The position numbers were made by a program, and so were the translations under genes. 64,000 nucleotides of DNA from contig JBDLUA010000007.1 of NCBI GenBank assembly GCA_039805545.1, positions 1,252-65,251 on the forward strand, written 5' to 3'. The notes under the pieces were generated by a model. That model was not told where the DNA came from and did no database searches. It saw only the letters and a list, made by a program, of their open reading frames with translations. The DNA comes from Candidatus Parcubacteria bacterium (GTDB lineage Bacteria; Patescibacteriota; Minisyncoccia; Phycocordibacterales; JAACPR01). Below are positions 18,758 through 28,915 of this stretch, piece by piece; within the stretch, counting starts at the first letter, position 1; each line of letters begins with the position of its first letter.

Positions 18758-21709
18758 ATGAAGAAATTATTTTTGTTTTTATCTTTTATTATATTTATTT
18801 TTTGTATCAAGCATGCCGGTGCTCAAGTTGAAGAAATAGTTCTCTACTCTAAAGATGGTTTTAGTATTAAGACACAGTCGTTTGTGTTGGATGAAAAAGG
18901 TAACACATCTTTGGTCAAAAACTCAGATTTATATGTAGGTTTTAAAGATGAGGGTGTTGATTTTGAATATGATGAACCAAAAATTTCTTTTGAAATAAAA
19001 GATTCAAATAATAACTCCATAAGAAAAATAAATACACCTACATCCAAAAGAAATGGTGAGAGTCCAGATCTTCAAAAATATTTAGAAGACAATAAAGAAT
19101 ATTTTGATCAAGTAAGATTAGATAAAAATAATATAATAGTAAAAACCCCTGTTGATTTTGCTGGTGGCGAATATACATTGATTTTTAAGGTCAAATATGC
19201 GGAAAAAGAAAAAACTATGGAGCATAAAGTTATTGTTTCTAAATCTGCCTACTCTTTCTCTAATTTTAAACTTTCTTTAGAAGATGATGATTTTTTGGCT
19301 GCCATTGAATATAAAGCGCCAATTGATGTCGAAGAGGATGTAATAATTGACGTTTCTTTGAATAAGGAAGGAATAGAAATCTTTAAAAAAGAGTTTCCTA
19401 AAAAGATGTATGAGGAAGGAACAATTGTAATTGATGAGAAAGTAGAGAATATTAAGAAAGATTCAGATAAAGCGCTTTTTACTTTTAAAATAAAGGATAA
19501 AACAGGGGAGGTTGTATACGAGACTACTCAAAAAGTAAACTCAGAACACGCAAATAATATGTATAAATATATTTATATTGGAGCAATTTTAATTTTATTA
19601 ACACTTGCTTTTGTTGTGATAAAAAAAGTAAAGTCTAAAAAAATAAAAATTCCTACAGTAGTTTTCATTTTTATGCTTACAAGTATTTCTCTTACAAGAG
19701 TGTATGCGGTTGAGAAGTGTGGTGGTGTCAATCAGCCAGAAGATTTTTGCTTTGAAGATAAAATTGTTACATATGTGTGTAAAAATACATATACGTGTGA
19801 TGTTGAAGATGCTCGGTTAAAAAAGTATTTTTCTACTGGAAATATTGTAAATATTCAAACTGAGCAAGAGTGGGTTGGTCCGGTATCTGCAACAATTAAT
19901 ATTTGTAATAATATTGGGCAAACACTCAACACGGGAGACGCTTTTTATGTAATAAGTGATTCAAATGGATCTAGTTGGCAACGAAAAAGATATCACGTAT
20001 TCAGATTTGTTAAAGGTACAGAAAATACTGTTACATTTGATCCTGGAGGAGATAAAAGAAATGTTAACTATGCCACATATAATGGAGGGTGTAGTGTAAC
20101 AGTGTATTCAAGATATAGTGGAGATTCATCAAACTTTAAGAGCGCCGATACAAAGATTATTGAAACAGGAAAAGTAACCCCAAGTATGTGTAAGTCAAAA
20201 GCTGTCAATGAGGATACTTTTGAAAGTAATGCATCCATGCTCGACAGAGATGATTGTACTCAATCTGAGCTTCGAGATACCTGGATTGCTGGAAGTGTAT
20301 ATTTTAATCCTATCTATAGTTCAAATTCTTGGGCAGAAAAAACTGTAAATGTATGTAATTATCTTGGATATACAGAGAACACAATACCTGAAGGAAAGGC
20401 ATTCTATGCGCTCATGGAACAAACTAGTTCTTGGACAATGATTGATTATCCGGTGTTTAGGTATTTTTTTGGTACACCAGGAACAAATTATTATGAAGGG
20501 AATATAACTGTTGAATGGGCAAATAAAAATACATATAGATTTGATGGATACAAAGAAAATGTCCCTACTATGAAATATGATGGCGAATGTACAATTACAT
20601 TTAGGCTTTATAATAGAGGAGAGGATACTGACTCGTGGACTCATGGATATAAATTGATTGAATTAGGAATGGTTGAAGATGCAACTTGTCGAGACGAACA
20701 TATTGTTGAACACTCAACCGCGACATTTGATGGGGCATATCGGTATTCTGGAAGAGGATTAACAGATGGTGTGGTTGAAGATTGGACCAAACGAGCGGGT
20801 GGAAAGTATTCTGTTATGGCCCCATTTATGAGAAGTCTTTCTGATTGTGTCGGTACTTCACAGTGTGACTTAAATGGTGAATGGATAAAATCCTACACTA
20901 ATACTGCATGCCCACCCCCTACTTGCGATACAAGTCATACTGTTGGTGCTGATGCTGGTTGTAGTGTAAATAATAAAGAACAAACATGGCAATGTACAAA
21001 TGGAAGTTGGACAGTTTCTGAAGGGTCTAACTTGTGCACAACTTTGGATTGTACGGTTGATAATACTGAGGTTGAATCAGGTGATCCTGTTACGTATACT
21101 GCAACTTTAATTACAAACGCTTTTTATAAGTGGTGGACCACACCTACTTCTCAAATTTTAAATGAGAATGCAAGAACATATACTGCAACGTATACAAACG
21201 GCGGAACTTATAATCGAATAGTAACCGCAACCAACGGAACAACTGTACAAAGTAAATCTTGTCCTTCAGTTGAAGTAAATATTTCATGTAATGGAACAAA
21301 ACCAAATGATTCTGCTTGTGTAAATGGTTCTCAGACTATATACAATTCAACATGTGATTCTGATGGAAGTTGGGGATATCAAGTTGTGGCTTGTGGTAAT
21401 GCTACAACGACCGATGACGGTACACCAACTTTAACAAGGTTTAGCTTTAGTCCAAATATGGCAAGCGGAACAACTTGTCCACTCTATGTTCAGGTAGATA
21501 ATGCACAATTATGTAAAATAAAAAATCGATCAATCTATACGCAATTACAAGATACAGGAACTTCTCCAACGGAATTTTCTGTAAACGGTTATTCGTATCC
21601 AGTTGGTACATATACGCTTGAGTGTGCTGCATCTTCAACTAATCCATCATATGTATCTATGAATGCGCAGGCATCTTGTTATACGAATCCAATTATTAAA
21701 GAAAACTAA
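18758..21709 (+). CDS. Large secreted/surface protein, Cys-rich, with internal duplication and PKD-like segment
   Basis: Signal peptide, internal TM, many Cys and Thr in the C-terminal two-thirds. Confidence 0.75.
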   Translation: MKKLFLFLSFIIFIFCIKHAGAQVEEIVLYSKDGFSIKTQSFVLDEKGNTSLVKNSDLYVGFKDEGVDFEYDEPKISFEIKDSNNNSIRKINTPTSKRNGESPDLQKYLEDNKEYFDQVRLDKNNIIVKTPVDFAGGEYTLIFKVKYAEKEKTMEHKVIVSKSAYSFSNFKLSLEDDDFLAAIEYKAPIDVEEDVIIDVSLNKEGIEIFKKEFPKKMYEEGTIVIDEKVENIKKDSDKALFTFKIKDKTGEVVYETTQKVNSEHANNMYKYIYIGAILILLTLAFVVIKKVKSKKIKIPTVVFIFMLTSISLTRVYAVEKCGGVNQPEDFCFEDKIVTYVCKNTYTCDVEDARLKKYFSTGNIVNIQTEQEWVGPVSATINICNNIGQTLNTGDAFYVISDSNGSSWQRKRYHVFRFVKGTENTVTFDPGGDKRNVNYATYNGGCSVTVYSRYSGDSSNFKSADTKIIETGKVTPSMCKSKAVNEDTFESNASMLDRDDCTQSELRDTWIAGSVYFNPIYSSNSWAEKTVNVCNYLGYTENTIPEGKAFYALMEQTSSWTMIDYPVFRYFFGTPGTNYYEGNITVEWANKNTYRFDGYKENVPTMKYDGECTITFRLYNRGEDTDSWTHGYKLIELGMVEDATCRDEHIVEHSTATFDGAYRYSGRGLTDGVVEDWTKRAGGKYSVMAPFMRSLSDCVGTSQCDLNGEWIKSYTNTACPPPTCDTSHTVGADAGCSVNNKEQTWQCTNGSWTVSEGSNLCTTLDCTVDNTEVESGDPVTYTATLITNAFYKWWTTPTSQILNENARTYTATYTNGGTYNRIVTATNGTTVQSKSCPSVEVNISCNGTKPNDSACVNGSQTIYNSTCDSDGSWGYQVVACGNATTTDDGTPTLTRFSFSPNMASGTTCPLYVQVDNAQLCKIKNRSIYTQLQDTGTSPTEFSVNGYSYPVGTYTLECAASSTNPSYVSMNAQASCYTNPIIKEN

Positions 21710-21770
21710 ATTAAAAGGCGCGGCCCCTCCGGGGCCGCGCCTTTTTAAAAAACTATGCTAGTATAATTAC

Positions 21771-22802
21771 ATGAAAATAATTTCTAATTTTCTTCATAAA
21801 AATGAAAAATGGCTAACACCGATTGTTCTTCTTGGGGGATTTATATTAGATACCTTAACCTTACGAAGATCAGATTTACTAGCAGAAAATGTTTTGTTGG
21901 CTGTTTACTTTATTCTTGTTTTGTTTGGCCTTTTAATTTGGCACAAGTTTGAACAAAAGAGAATAAAGGATGTTGATCAATTAGGATTTCAATCTTTTAT
22001 TTTTCTTGTAATGCAATTTGCATTCGGAGGTCTTTTCAGTTCCCTCACCGTTTTTTATGTTAAGAGCGCATCATTTTATGCAAGTTGGCCATTCATACTC
22101 CTTTTGTTTGGAGGAATGATTGCTACCGAATATTTTAAGAAACATTTTACGCTTTTTCTTGTACAAATTGGTACACTTTACATGCTTTTGTTTACATATT
22201 TAATTCTTTTGGTACCCCTTGTAGTTCGATCAATTAATAGCTGGGTATTTGTTTTAAGCGGAATACTCAGTCTTACAGCTATTTTTGTATATATTCTTAT
22301 ATTTAAATTATATATTCCAAAACTGACCAAAGGGAAAGATATTTATTTTGTGTATGTTATTGGAGGAATTTTTGCCTTAATAAATAGTATGTATTTTACA
22401 AATATAATTCCGCCGATCCCGCTTTCATTAAAGGACTCCGGTATTTATCAGAGGGTTGAAAAAAATGCTGGAACATATGTTTTTTCTGGATTTGAAAACA
22501 GGTTTTCTTTTAGAAATTTTAAACAAGAATATTTTATTCCAAGAGGAACTCCTGTTTATTTTTATACGTCCGTATATGCACCTGTTAAATTTAATCAAAA
22601 GATTGTTCATGAATGGCAAAAGAAGAATACTAAAGATGAATGGGTTACTATATTAAAAATAGATTTTCCTATATATGGAGGAAATACAAATGGATATCGA
22701 GGATATACGGTAAGTAATAAAATTACAGAAGGGGAGTATAAAATTCTTGTAGAAACTGATAGTGGACAAGTTCTTGGTGTAAAAAAATTTAGTGTTAAAT
22801 AA
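21771..22802 (+). CDS. Multi-pass membrane protein with DUF2914-like C-terminal domain
   Basis: About 7 TM, IIPPIPLSL, SVYAP..IVHEW, GYRGYT. Confidence 0.7.
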   Translation: MKIISNFLHKNEKWLTPIVLLGGFILDTLTLRRSDLLAENVLLAVYFILVLFGLLIWHKFEQKRIKDVDQLGFQSFIFLVMQFAFGGLFSSLTVFYVKSASFYASWPFILLLFGGMIATEYFKKHFTLFLVQIGTLYMLLFTYLILLVPLVVRSINSWVFVLSGILSLTAIFVYILIFKLYIPKLTKGKDIYFVYVIGGIFALINSMYFTNIIPPIPLSLKDSGIYQRVEKNAGTYVFSGFENRFSFRNFKQEYFIPRGTPVYFYTSVYAPVKFNQKIVHEWQKKNTKDEWVTILKIDFPIYGGNTNGYRGYTVSNKITEGEYKILVETDSGQVLGVKKFSVK

Positions 22803-22824
22803 AAGGCCCTTAAGGGCCTTTTAT

Positions 22825-22941
22825 TTATCCTTGTCGAGCTTTTCGTCGAGGATCCTTTTTATTAATTCGATAGAGCTTTCCTCGTCGTCGTACGAGTTGG
22901 TCTCCTGCCTTTTCTTTCTTGATTGATGACTTTACTTTCAT
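22825..22941 (-). CDS. rpmJ: 50S ribosomal protein L36, zinc-free type (missed by the ORF track)
   Basis: Manual translation [38 protein letters not shown]. Confidence 0.92.
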   Translation of the reverse strand: MKVKSSIKKEKAGDQLVRRRGKLYRINKKDPRRKARQG

Positions 22942-23057
22942 GATGTGTGTATTTGTAGCATAAAAAGACCTATTTGTAAAATAGGGCAAGATGTTATAAT
23001 GAAAAATAAGACTTATTAGAGTATAGTTAGTCGTTTTATAAAATTTAATAATAATTT

Positions 23058-23846
23058 ATGGATAAACAATATAAAGATATCGGTTTTAAGGTTGGAGTGG
23101 TTGTTTTTGGACTTCTTGCATTGTTTTTAATTTCAAAAACAGTAGGAGAAGTTATTTCTTGGAGTAAGGATGAAATCTACCCAACAAAAACAATAACTAT
23201 TACTTCAGAGGGTGAAGCGCTTGCGATTGCAGATATAGCTTCTTTCTCTTTTACTGTAGATGAAGAAGGGGCAACAAGTGATGAGGCACAGAAGAAATCA
23301 ACAGATAAAATTAATAAAGCTATTGAATATTTAAAATCTAATGCTGTCGAAGAAAAAGATATTAAAACAGAAAACTATTCTATTTATCCTAAATATGAAT
23401 CAGTAAATCCTTGTTTTGTTGGGGATTGTCCTCCTCCATCTGAACCAAAAATTATTGGATACAATGTGTCACAAACTATTAGAGTAAAGGTTAGAGATAC
23501 ACAAAATACAGGAAAATTCCTCAGCGAATTAACAAAATATCAAATAAATAATATTTCAGGTATTTCATTTACAATTGATGATACAGATGCGTTGTATGAT
23601 CTTGCACGAAAAGATGCTGTAGAAAAAGCACAAGTAAAGGCAACTGCACTTGCAAAAGATTTAAATGTAAAACTCGGAGATGTGATTTCGTTTAGTGAGG
23701 ATAATTCACAATATTATCCAAATGACGCATATGGAATGGGTGGTGCAGAAATGGGAGTTTCTATGAAAACTGCTGTAGCGCCAACAATTCCTAAAGGAGA
23801 AAACAAATATACTACACGAGTATATGTGACATACGAACTTAAATAA
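23058..23846 (+). CDS. SIMPL (DUF541) domain protein
   Basis: N-terminal TM, KDIKTENYSIYP, GYNVSQTIRVKVRD, ARKDAVEKA. Confidence 0.88.
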   Translation: MDKQYKDIGFKVGVVVFGLLALFLISKTVGEVISWSKDEIYPTKTITITSEGEALAIADIASFSFTVDEEGATSDEAQKKSTDKINKAIEYLKSNAVEEKDIKTENYSIYPKYESVNPCFVGDCPPPSEPKIIGYNVSQTIRVKVRDTQNTGKFLSELTKYQINNISGISFTIDDTDALYDLARKDAVEKAQVKATALAKDLNVKLGDVISFSEDNSQYYPNDAYGMGGAEMGVSMKTAVAPTIPKGENKYTTRVYVTYELK

Positions 23847-23929
23847 TAAGAACTCTATTTATAAAAGGGCGGACCCGAAGGGTCCGCCCTTTTCTTTACA
23901 ACACAATAATAATCACATACACTACCTGC

Positions 23930-24748
23930 ATGATTATATCCGGTAAAGAAATACAAACTAAATATATCGAAGCTCTCAAAGAGAAGGTTTTAAAAATGGA
24001 ACATAAACCTGTGCTGGTGATTATTCAAATTGGAGAAAACAAAGCTTCGCAAGTATACATTAATCAAAAGATTAAATTTGGAAAACTTCTTGGAGTACCT
24101 GTTGAATTTTATCAACTCGAAGAAGATGTTACTTTGGAATTTGTCCAAAAGCTTATTGGAGATTTTAACCATGATGATGATATTTGTGGAATTATCGTAC
24201 AACTTCCACTTCCACAGCATCTTAAACAATTTCAGTTTGAAATCATCGATGCAATTGAACCAGAAAAAGATGTAGATGGACTCACTTCTACAAATCTTAA
24301 AAGATTAATGAGTAGCGAAGGGGGTCTCGTACCTGCAACTGCAAAAGGTATTATGACTATGCTCAAAGAATCTAATATTGAAGTAAATGGCAAACATGTT
24401 GTCGTAGTTGGGCGATCTGTTCTTGTTGGACGAAGTCTTTCACAGTTGCTTTTGAATCAAGATGCAACAGTAACGGTATGTCACTCTAAAACAAAAAATC
24501 TAGCATCAATTACTAAAGGTGCTGATATTATTATTACTGCAACAGGTCAACCTAAACTTATTACCAAGGAACATGTGTCAGAGGGACAAACTGTAATTGA
24601 TGTAGGAATTACTTCTACAGGAGAACTTTTGGAGGGTGATGTGGATTTTGAGGAGGTTTCTAAAATTGTACAGAATATTTCCCCCGTACCGGGCGGGGTA
24701 GGACCCATGACTGTTTTGAGCTTGTTTGAGAATTTGATTGAAAAATAG
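23930..24748 (+). CDS. folD: Methylene-THF dehydrogenase/cyclohydrolase
   Basis: GIIVQLPLP, EKDVDG, VVGRSVLVG, PVPGGVGPMT. Confidence 0.95.
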   Translation: MIISGKEIQTKYIEALKEKVLKMEHKPVLVIIQIGENKASQVYINQKIKFGKLLGVPVEFYQLEEDVTLEFVQKLIGDFNHDDDICGIIVQLPLPQHLKQFQFEIIDAIEPEKDVDGLTSTNLKRLMSSEGGLVPATAKGIMTMLKESNIEVNGKHVVVVGRSVLVGRSLSQLLLNQDATVTVCHSKTKNLASITKGADIIITATGQPKLITKEHVSEGQTVIDVGITSTGELLEGDVDFEEVSKIVQNISPVPGGVGPMTVLSLFENLIEK

Positions 24749-24827
24749 TCGTTTGACTAATCTTTTCAAGAGTAGTATATTATTGACACAAGACCCCGGA
24801 AGGGGTTTTAAAAATGACCAAAAACAT

Positions 24828-25007
24828 ATGAGTATTTTCAATTTTTTCAAAGAAGTAAAGGGAGAGATGAAACACGTTAATTGGCCAACACGAAAGCAAA
24901 CAGTAACATATACATTACTTGTTATTGTTGTTTCAATCTTTGTTGGAGCATACGTAGGTCTATTTGACCACATCTTTACCCTTGGAATTCAACAACTTAC
25001 CAAATAA
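24828..25007 (+). CDS. secE: Preprotein translocase SecE
   Basis: EMKHVNWPTRK plus one TM, upstream of nusG; start moved to ATG 24828. Confidence 0.93.
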   Translation: MSIFNFFKEVKGEMKHVNWPTRKQTVTYTLLVIVVSIFVGAYVGLFDHIFTLGIQQLTK

Positions 25008-25018
25008 TTTTTTTGAGT

Positions 25019-25567
25019 ATGTCAAAACAACAACAACCAAGTCGAGATCGAAACTGGTATGCAATTCATACATATGCTGGATATGAGAATGCTGTGCTTC
25101 GAAACCTCAAACAACGAATAGAATCATACGGAATGGAGGACTACATCTTTAATGTGGTTGTTCCTACTGAAAAAAAGATTAAGATTAAAGGAAATAAAAG
25201 AGCAGAAGTAGAAGAGAAGGTCTATCCTGGATATGTCCTCGTAGACATGATCGTAACAGATGATTCTTGGTATGTAGTTCGAAACACACCTCGAGTAACA
25301 GGATTCGTAGGTGCAGGAGTGTTCCCGGTTCCACTTTCAAAAAAAGAAGTAGACGAATTGTTTGCTCGAATGTCTAACGATACAACTAAACATGCAATTG
25401 ATATTGAAGTTGCAGACGTTGTAACTATTGTGGACGGTCCATTTAAGGATCTTGAAGGTAAGGTTGAAGAAGTTGATAGTGAACGAGGAAAAGTTAAGGT
25501 TCTCGTATCTATGTTTGGTCGAGAAACTCCAGTAGAATTAGACTTTTTGCAGATTCGAAAGATTTAA
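25019..25567 (+). CDS. nusG: Transcription elongation factor NusG
   Basis: WYAIHTYAGYE, PGYVLV, DGPF KOW motif, FGRETPVEL. Confidence 0.97.
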   Translation: MSKQQQPSRDRNWYAIHTYAGYENAVLRNLKQRIESYGMEDYIFNVVVPTEKKIKIKGNKRAEVEEKVYPGYVLVDMIVTDDSWYVVRNTPRVTGFVGAGVFPVPLSKKEVDELFARMSNDTTKHAIDIEVADVVTIVDGPFKDLEGKVEEVDSERGKVKVLVSMFGRETPVELDFLQIRKI

Positions 25568-25610
25568 TCGGACTTGCTAAATAAAGAAAATAAGATAATA
25601 TAACCACACT

Positions 25611-26033
25611 ATGGCAAAGAAAATAACAAAAGTAATCAAACTTATCGCACCTGCAGGTAAGGCTACACCAGCTCCACCTCTTGGACCTGTGCTTGGACAA
25701 GCAGGGGTAAACATCGCTGAATTTACACAACGATTCAACGCTGACACACAGTCTCGAATGGGAGAACTCGTACCTGTTGTACTTACTGTGTATGAAGACC
25801 GAACATTCTCAATGGAATATAAGGTTGCTCCAGCTTCAGACCTCATTAAAAAGGCTGCAGGAATCACATCTGGTTCAGGAACAAATCTTACAAAAAAAGT
25901 AGGCTCAATTACAAAAGCACAAGTAAAAGAAATCGCTGAAAAGAAAATGCCAGACCTCAATGCTACAGATATCGATGGCGCAATGAAGATCATCGAAGGA
26001 TCAGCTCGAAGTATGGGAGTAGAGGTTAAATAA
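25611..26033 (+). CDS. rplK: 50S ribosomal protein L11
   Basis: [29 protein letters not shown]. Confidence 0.97.
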   Translation: MAKKITKVIKLIAPAGKATPAPPLGPVLGQAGVNIAEFTQRFNADTQSRMGELVPVVLTVYEDRTFSMEYKVAPASDLIKKAAGITSGSGTNLTKKVGSITKAQVKEIAEKKMPDLNATDIDGAMKIIEGSARSMGVEVK

Positions 26034-26046
26034 TCTCTTAGAAAAA

Positions 26047-26076
26047 GGCGCGGCCCCGCAGGGGCCGCGCCTTTTT
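26047..26076 (+). terminator. Intrinsic terminator directly after rplK
   Basis: GGCGCGGCCCCGCAGGGGCCGCGCC followed by a T tract. Confidence 0.85.
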
Positions 26077-26097
26077 CAATATGATATAATTTCTTGT

Positions 26098-27771
26098 ATG
26101 AAAAAGAAAAATCATAAGTATATCTTTGTTATTGGAGGTGTGATGTCTGGAGTGGGTAAGGGGGTAGCGACAGCTTCGATAGGAACCATCCTTGAGTCCA
26201 TGAATTACAAAGTAAATCTTATGAAAGTTGATCCGTATCTGAATGTAGATGCGGGGACTATGAACCCCACCGAACACGGTGAGGTTTTTGTTTTAAACTC
26301 AGGACTTGAAACTGATCAAGATATGGGAAATTATGAAAGATTTTCAAATAAAGACGCAGATGATTTTTCTTATATGACTTCTGGAATGGTGTATCGAGAT
26401 GTAATTGAAAAAGAAAGAAATCTTGCATATGGTGGAAGATGTGTAGAAGCAATTCCTGATATTCGAGATGAGATAATTGCTCGTTTTAAAAAATCAGCAG
26501 TAAATAGTAAGGCAGATATCTCGATTGTTGAAATCGGAGGAACTATTGGTGATTTTCAAAATGCATTATTTTATGAAGCGGCACGGGTAATGAAATTCCA
26601 TAATCCAGAGGATGTAATATTTGTTATGGTATCGTATCTTCCAATTCCGGGAACACTTGGAGAAATGAAAACTAAACCAACTCAAAATGCGATTAGACAA
26701 TTAAGTTCTTTTGGTATTCAAGCTGATTTTATTATTGCACGAAGTTCAATTCCAATGGATGAAAAAAGAAAAGAAAAACTTGCGCTTACTTGTGGACTCA
26801 AGAAGGGTGCAGTTATTTCTGCTCCAGACATAGAGAGTATTTATGATGTTCCACTTAATTTTGAAAAAGATAAAATTGGAGAGATGGTTATTAAGGCATT
26901 AAGTCTTCCTGTTCGTGTTCCTGACTTAAGTAAATGGAAAAACTTTGTCCAAAAAACAAAGAATACAAAAGATGAAGTTCATATTGCAGTAGTTGGAAAG
27001 TACTTTGATACAGGAGACTTCGTTCTTTCAGATTCATACCTGTCCGTAATTGAAGCAATAAAATTCTCTGCGTATCATTTAAATAAAAAAGCTAAGATTT
27101 CATGGCTTAATTCAAAGGAATTTGAAAAAGACCCAAAGAAGGTGAAAAACCTTGATCAATATGACGGAGTTCTTGTTCCAGGAGGATTTGGTGGGACAGG
27201 AATAGAAGGAAAGATAAATGTAATTAAATATTGTCGAGAAAACAAAATTCCATACTTTGGAATTTGTTATGGGATGCAATTGCTTGTTGTTGAGTATGCA
27301 CGAAATGTCGCAAAGTTAAAAGATGCACATACAACAGAAATTAATTCAAAAACAAAGTACCCTGTTATAGATGTAATGCTTGAACAAAAAGAAAAACTTG
27401 CAAACAATCAATACGGAGGAACAATGCGACTAGGGTCTTATGATTGTGTGCTCGAAGAGGGGACTATTGCATATAACGCATATACAAAAACAAAATATTG
27501 GAATATTCAAAAAGGAAATAGTATTTCGGAAAGACATAGACATCGATATGAAGTAAACCCAATGTTTGTAGAACAATTATCTGATTCAGGACTTGTGTTT
27601 TCTGGGACTTCACCAGACAAAAAACTTATGGAAATTGCAGAACTTCCAAAATCACAACACCCATTCTTCCTGGGTGCACAATTTCATCCAGAGTTTAAGG
27701 GGCGACCAATATCACCACATCCATTGTTTACGGAGTTTGTGAAGGCAGCAATAGGGAATAAGAAAGGTTAA
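26098..27771 (+). CDS. pyrG: CTP synthase
   Basis: GGVMSGVGKG, EIGGTIGD, KTKPTQ, GICYGMQ, ERHRHRYE, QFHPE. Confidence 0.97.
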   Translation: MKKKNHKYIFVIGGVMSGVGKGVATASIGTILESMNYKVNLMKVDPYLNVDAGTMNPTEHGEVFVLNSGLETDQDMGNYERFSNKDADDFSYMTSGMVYRDVIEKERNLAYGGRCVEAIPDIRDEIIARFKKSAVNSKADISIVEIGGTIGDFQNALFYEAARVMKFHNPEDVIFVMVSYLPIPGTLGEMKTKPTQNAIRQLSSFGIQADFIIARSSIPMDEKRKEKLALTCGLKKGAVISAPDIESIYDVPLNFEKDKIGEMVIKALSLPVRVPDLSKWKNFVQKTKNTKDEVHIAVVGKYFDTGDFVLSDSYLSVIEAIKFSAYHLNKKAKISWLNSKEFEKDPKKVKNLDQYDGVLVPGGFGGTGIEGKINVIKYCRENKIPYFGICYGMQLLVVEYARNVAKLKDAHTTEINSKTKYPVIDVMLEQKEKLANNQYGGTMRLGSYDCVLEEGTIAYNAYTKTKYWNIQKGNSISERHRHRYEVNPMFVEQLSDSGLVFSGTSPDKKLMEIAELPKSQHPFFLGAQFHPEFKGRPISPHPLFTEFVKAAIGNKKG

Positions 27772-28412
27772 AGTTCTACTCTAAAATCTTTTTTGATCTT
27801 TTCAATTTCCCCATCCTTGATAAGTTTTACCTCATCTTTATATTTATTTCGAACCATAAAACCATCAATAATATCTTTATTGTGATATGTACCTTTCTCT
27901 TTCTTTGAAGGTTCTGAAAGCTCTTCAAAAGTAACCTGACAGAATCGTTCTCCTGGATAAATAGTGATAATTTGGCTTTGAGTATTGTTTCGAATTGGAA
28001 TAATCAGTTGCCCTGAATATCCAGTATCTACAATTCCTGTAAGATCAACAGATAATCCTCGTCGATTAGTTGATGAACGTGGATAGAGTACTGACATTAC
28101 ATCATCTGGCCATGTAATCGTTTCAAGTGTAGATGCAAGAATGTGTTCACCTGGAAGAAGTTCAAACTTTTGTCCTTTTTCTAATTCAACTACTTCAAAA
28201 TTTTGTACATCATCTTTTTGATTCATATAATCAAACGCAAGTGCCTCACGCCCTTGTGCTGTAATATGCCATTGTTTTGGAATAAGAAATGTATATCCGA
28301 GTCTAAGGTCAATTGCATGTGCTTGCAATTGAAATTCATCAAGTGCTGGTTCTATTTGGATACTACCACTTTTAATTCGTTCAAGAATTTGTCGTTTTGT
28401 GAGGATTCCCAT
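27768..28412 (-). CDS. dcd: dCTP deaminase-family protein lacking the catalytic Glu (possible dCTP pyrophosphatase)
   Basis: IDLRLG, PRSSTNRRGL, GIVDTGYSG; Pro139 at the Glu138 (E. coli) position. Confidence 0.8.
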   Translation of the reverse strand: MGILTKRQILERIKSGSIQIEPALDEFQLQAHAIDLRLGYTFLIPKQWHITAQGREALAFDYMNQKDDVQNFEVVELEKGQKFELLPGEHILASTLETITWPDDVMSVLYPRSSTNRRGLSVDLTGIVDTGYSGQLIIPIRNNTQSQIITIYPGERFCQVTFEELSEPSKKEKGTYHNKDIIDGFMVRNKYKDEVKLIKDGEIEKIKKDFRVEL

Positions 28413-28414
28413 AT

Positions 28415-28915
28415 TTATATAATTATTTGATATTCCAATAATAGCGTGTTTTGTGAGAGAGGGGTAGAGGATATAAGTTCAAGTTTTTTCATGTGTAATT
28501 TTGAAAAAAGAGGAATACCTTCTCCAAATACAATTGGTTCGAGGGTAATGTAAAGCTTTTGAACGAGACCTGATTCCAAGAAGAGTGAATAAATTGAACT
28601 TCCACCACATATTGCAACAGACTCGTGTCCTTCTTGCTCGAGTCGAGTGAGAAGGACTGCGGGAGACTCGGATGTTGTCTCAACTCCTTCAATATTGAGA
28701 GATCTTGAGGTATATACAATAGTCCTTCTTCCTGGAAGTGCTTTACCAATAGTTTCAAACGTTGTTCGTCCCATCACGACTACACCTGTTTCTTTTGTTT
28801 TCTTTATAAAAAATTCTTTATCCGCACCACTTGTCCAAGAGAGGGATGTTGTGTGTTCTTTTGGACTAATAAATCCATCAAGTGATTGTGCTGCAATGAT
28901 AAATGTTGAAATCAT
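28415..28915 (-). CDS. folA: Dihydrofolate reductase
   Basis: SLDGFI, W-x4-D, VVMGRTT, LPGR, CGGSSIY; translationally coupled to the TS-like gene. Confidence 0.85.
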   Translation of the reverse strand: MISTFIIAAQSLDGFISPKEHTTSLSWTSGADKEFFIKKTKETGVVVMGRTTFETIGKALPGRRTIVYTSRSLNIEGVETTSESPAVLLTRLEQEGHESVAICGGSSIYSLFLESGLVQKLYITLEPIVFGEGIPLFSKLHMKKLELISSTPLSQNTLLLEYQIII

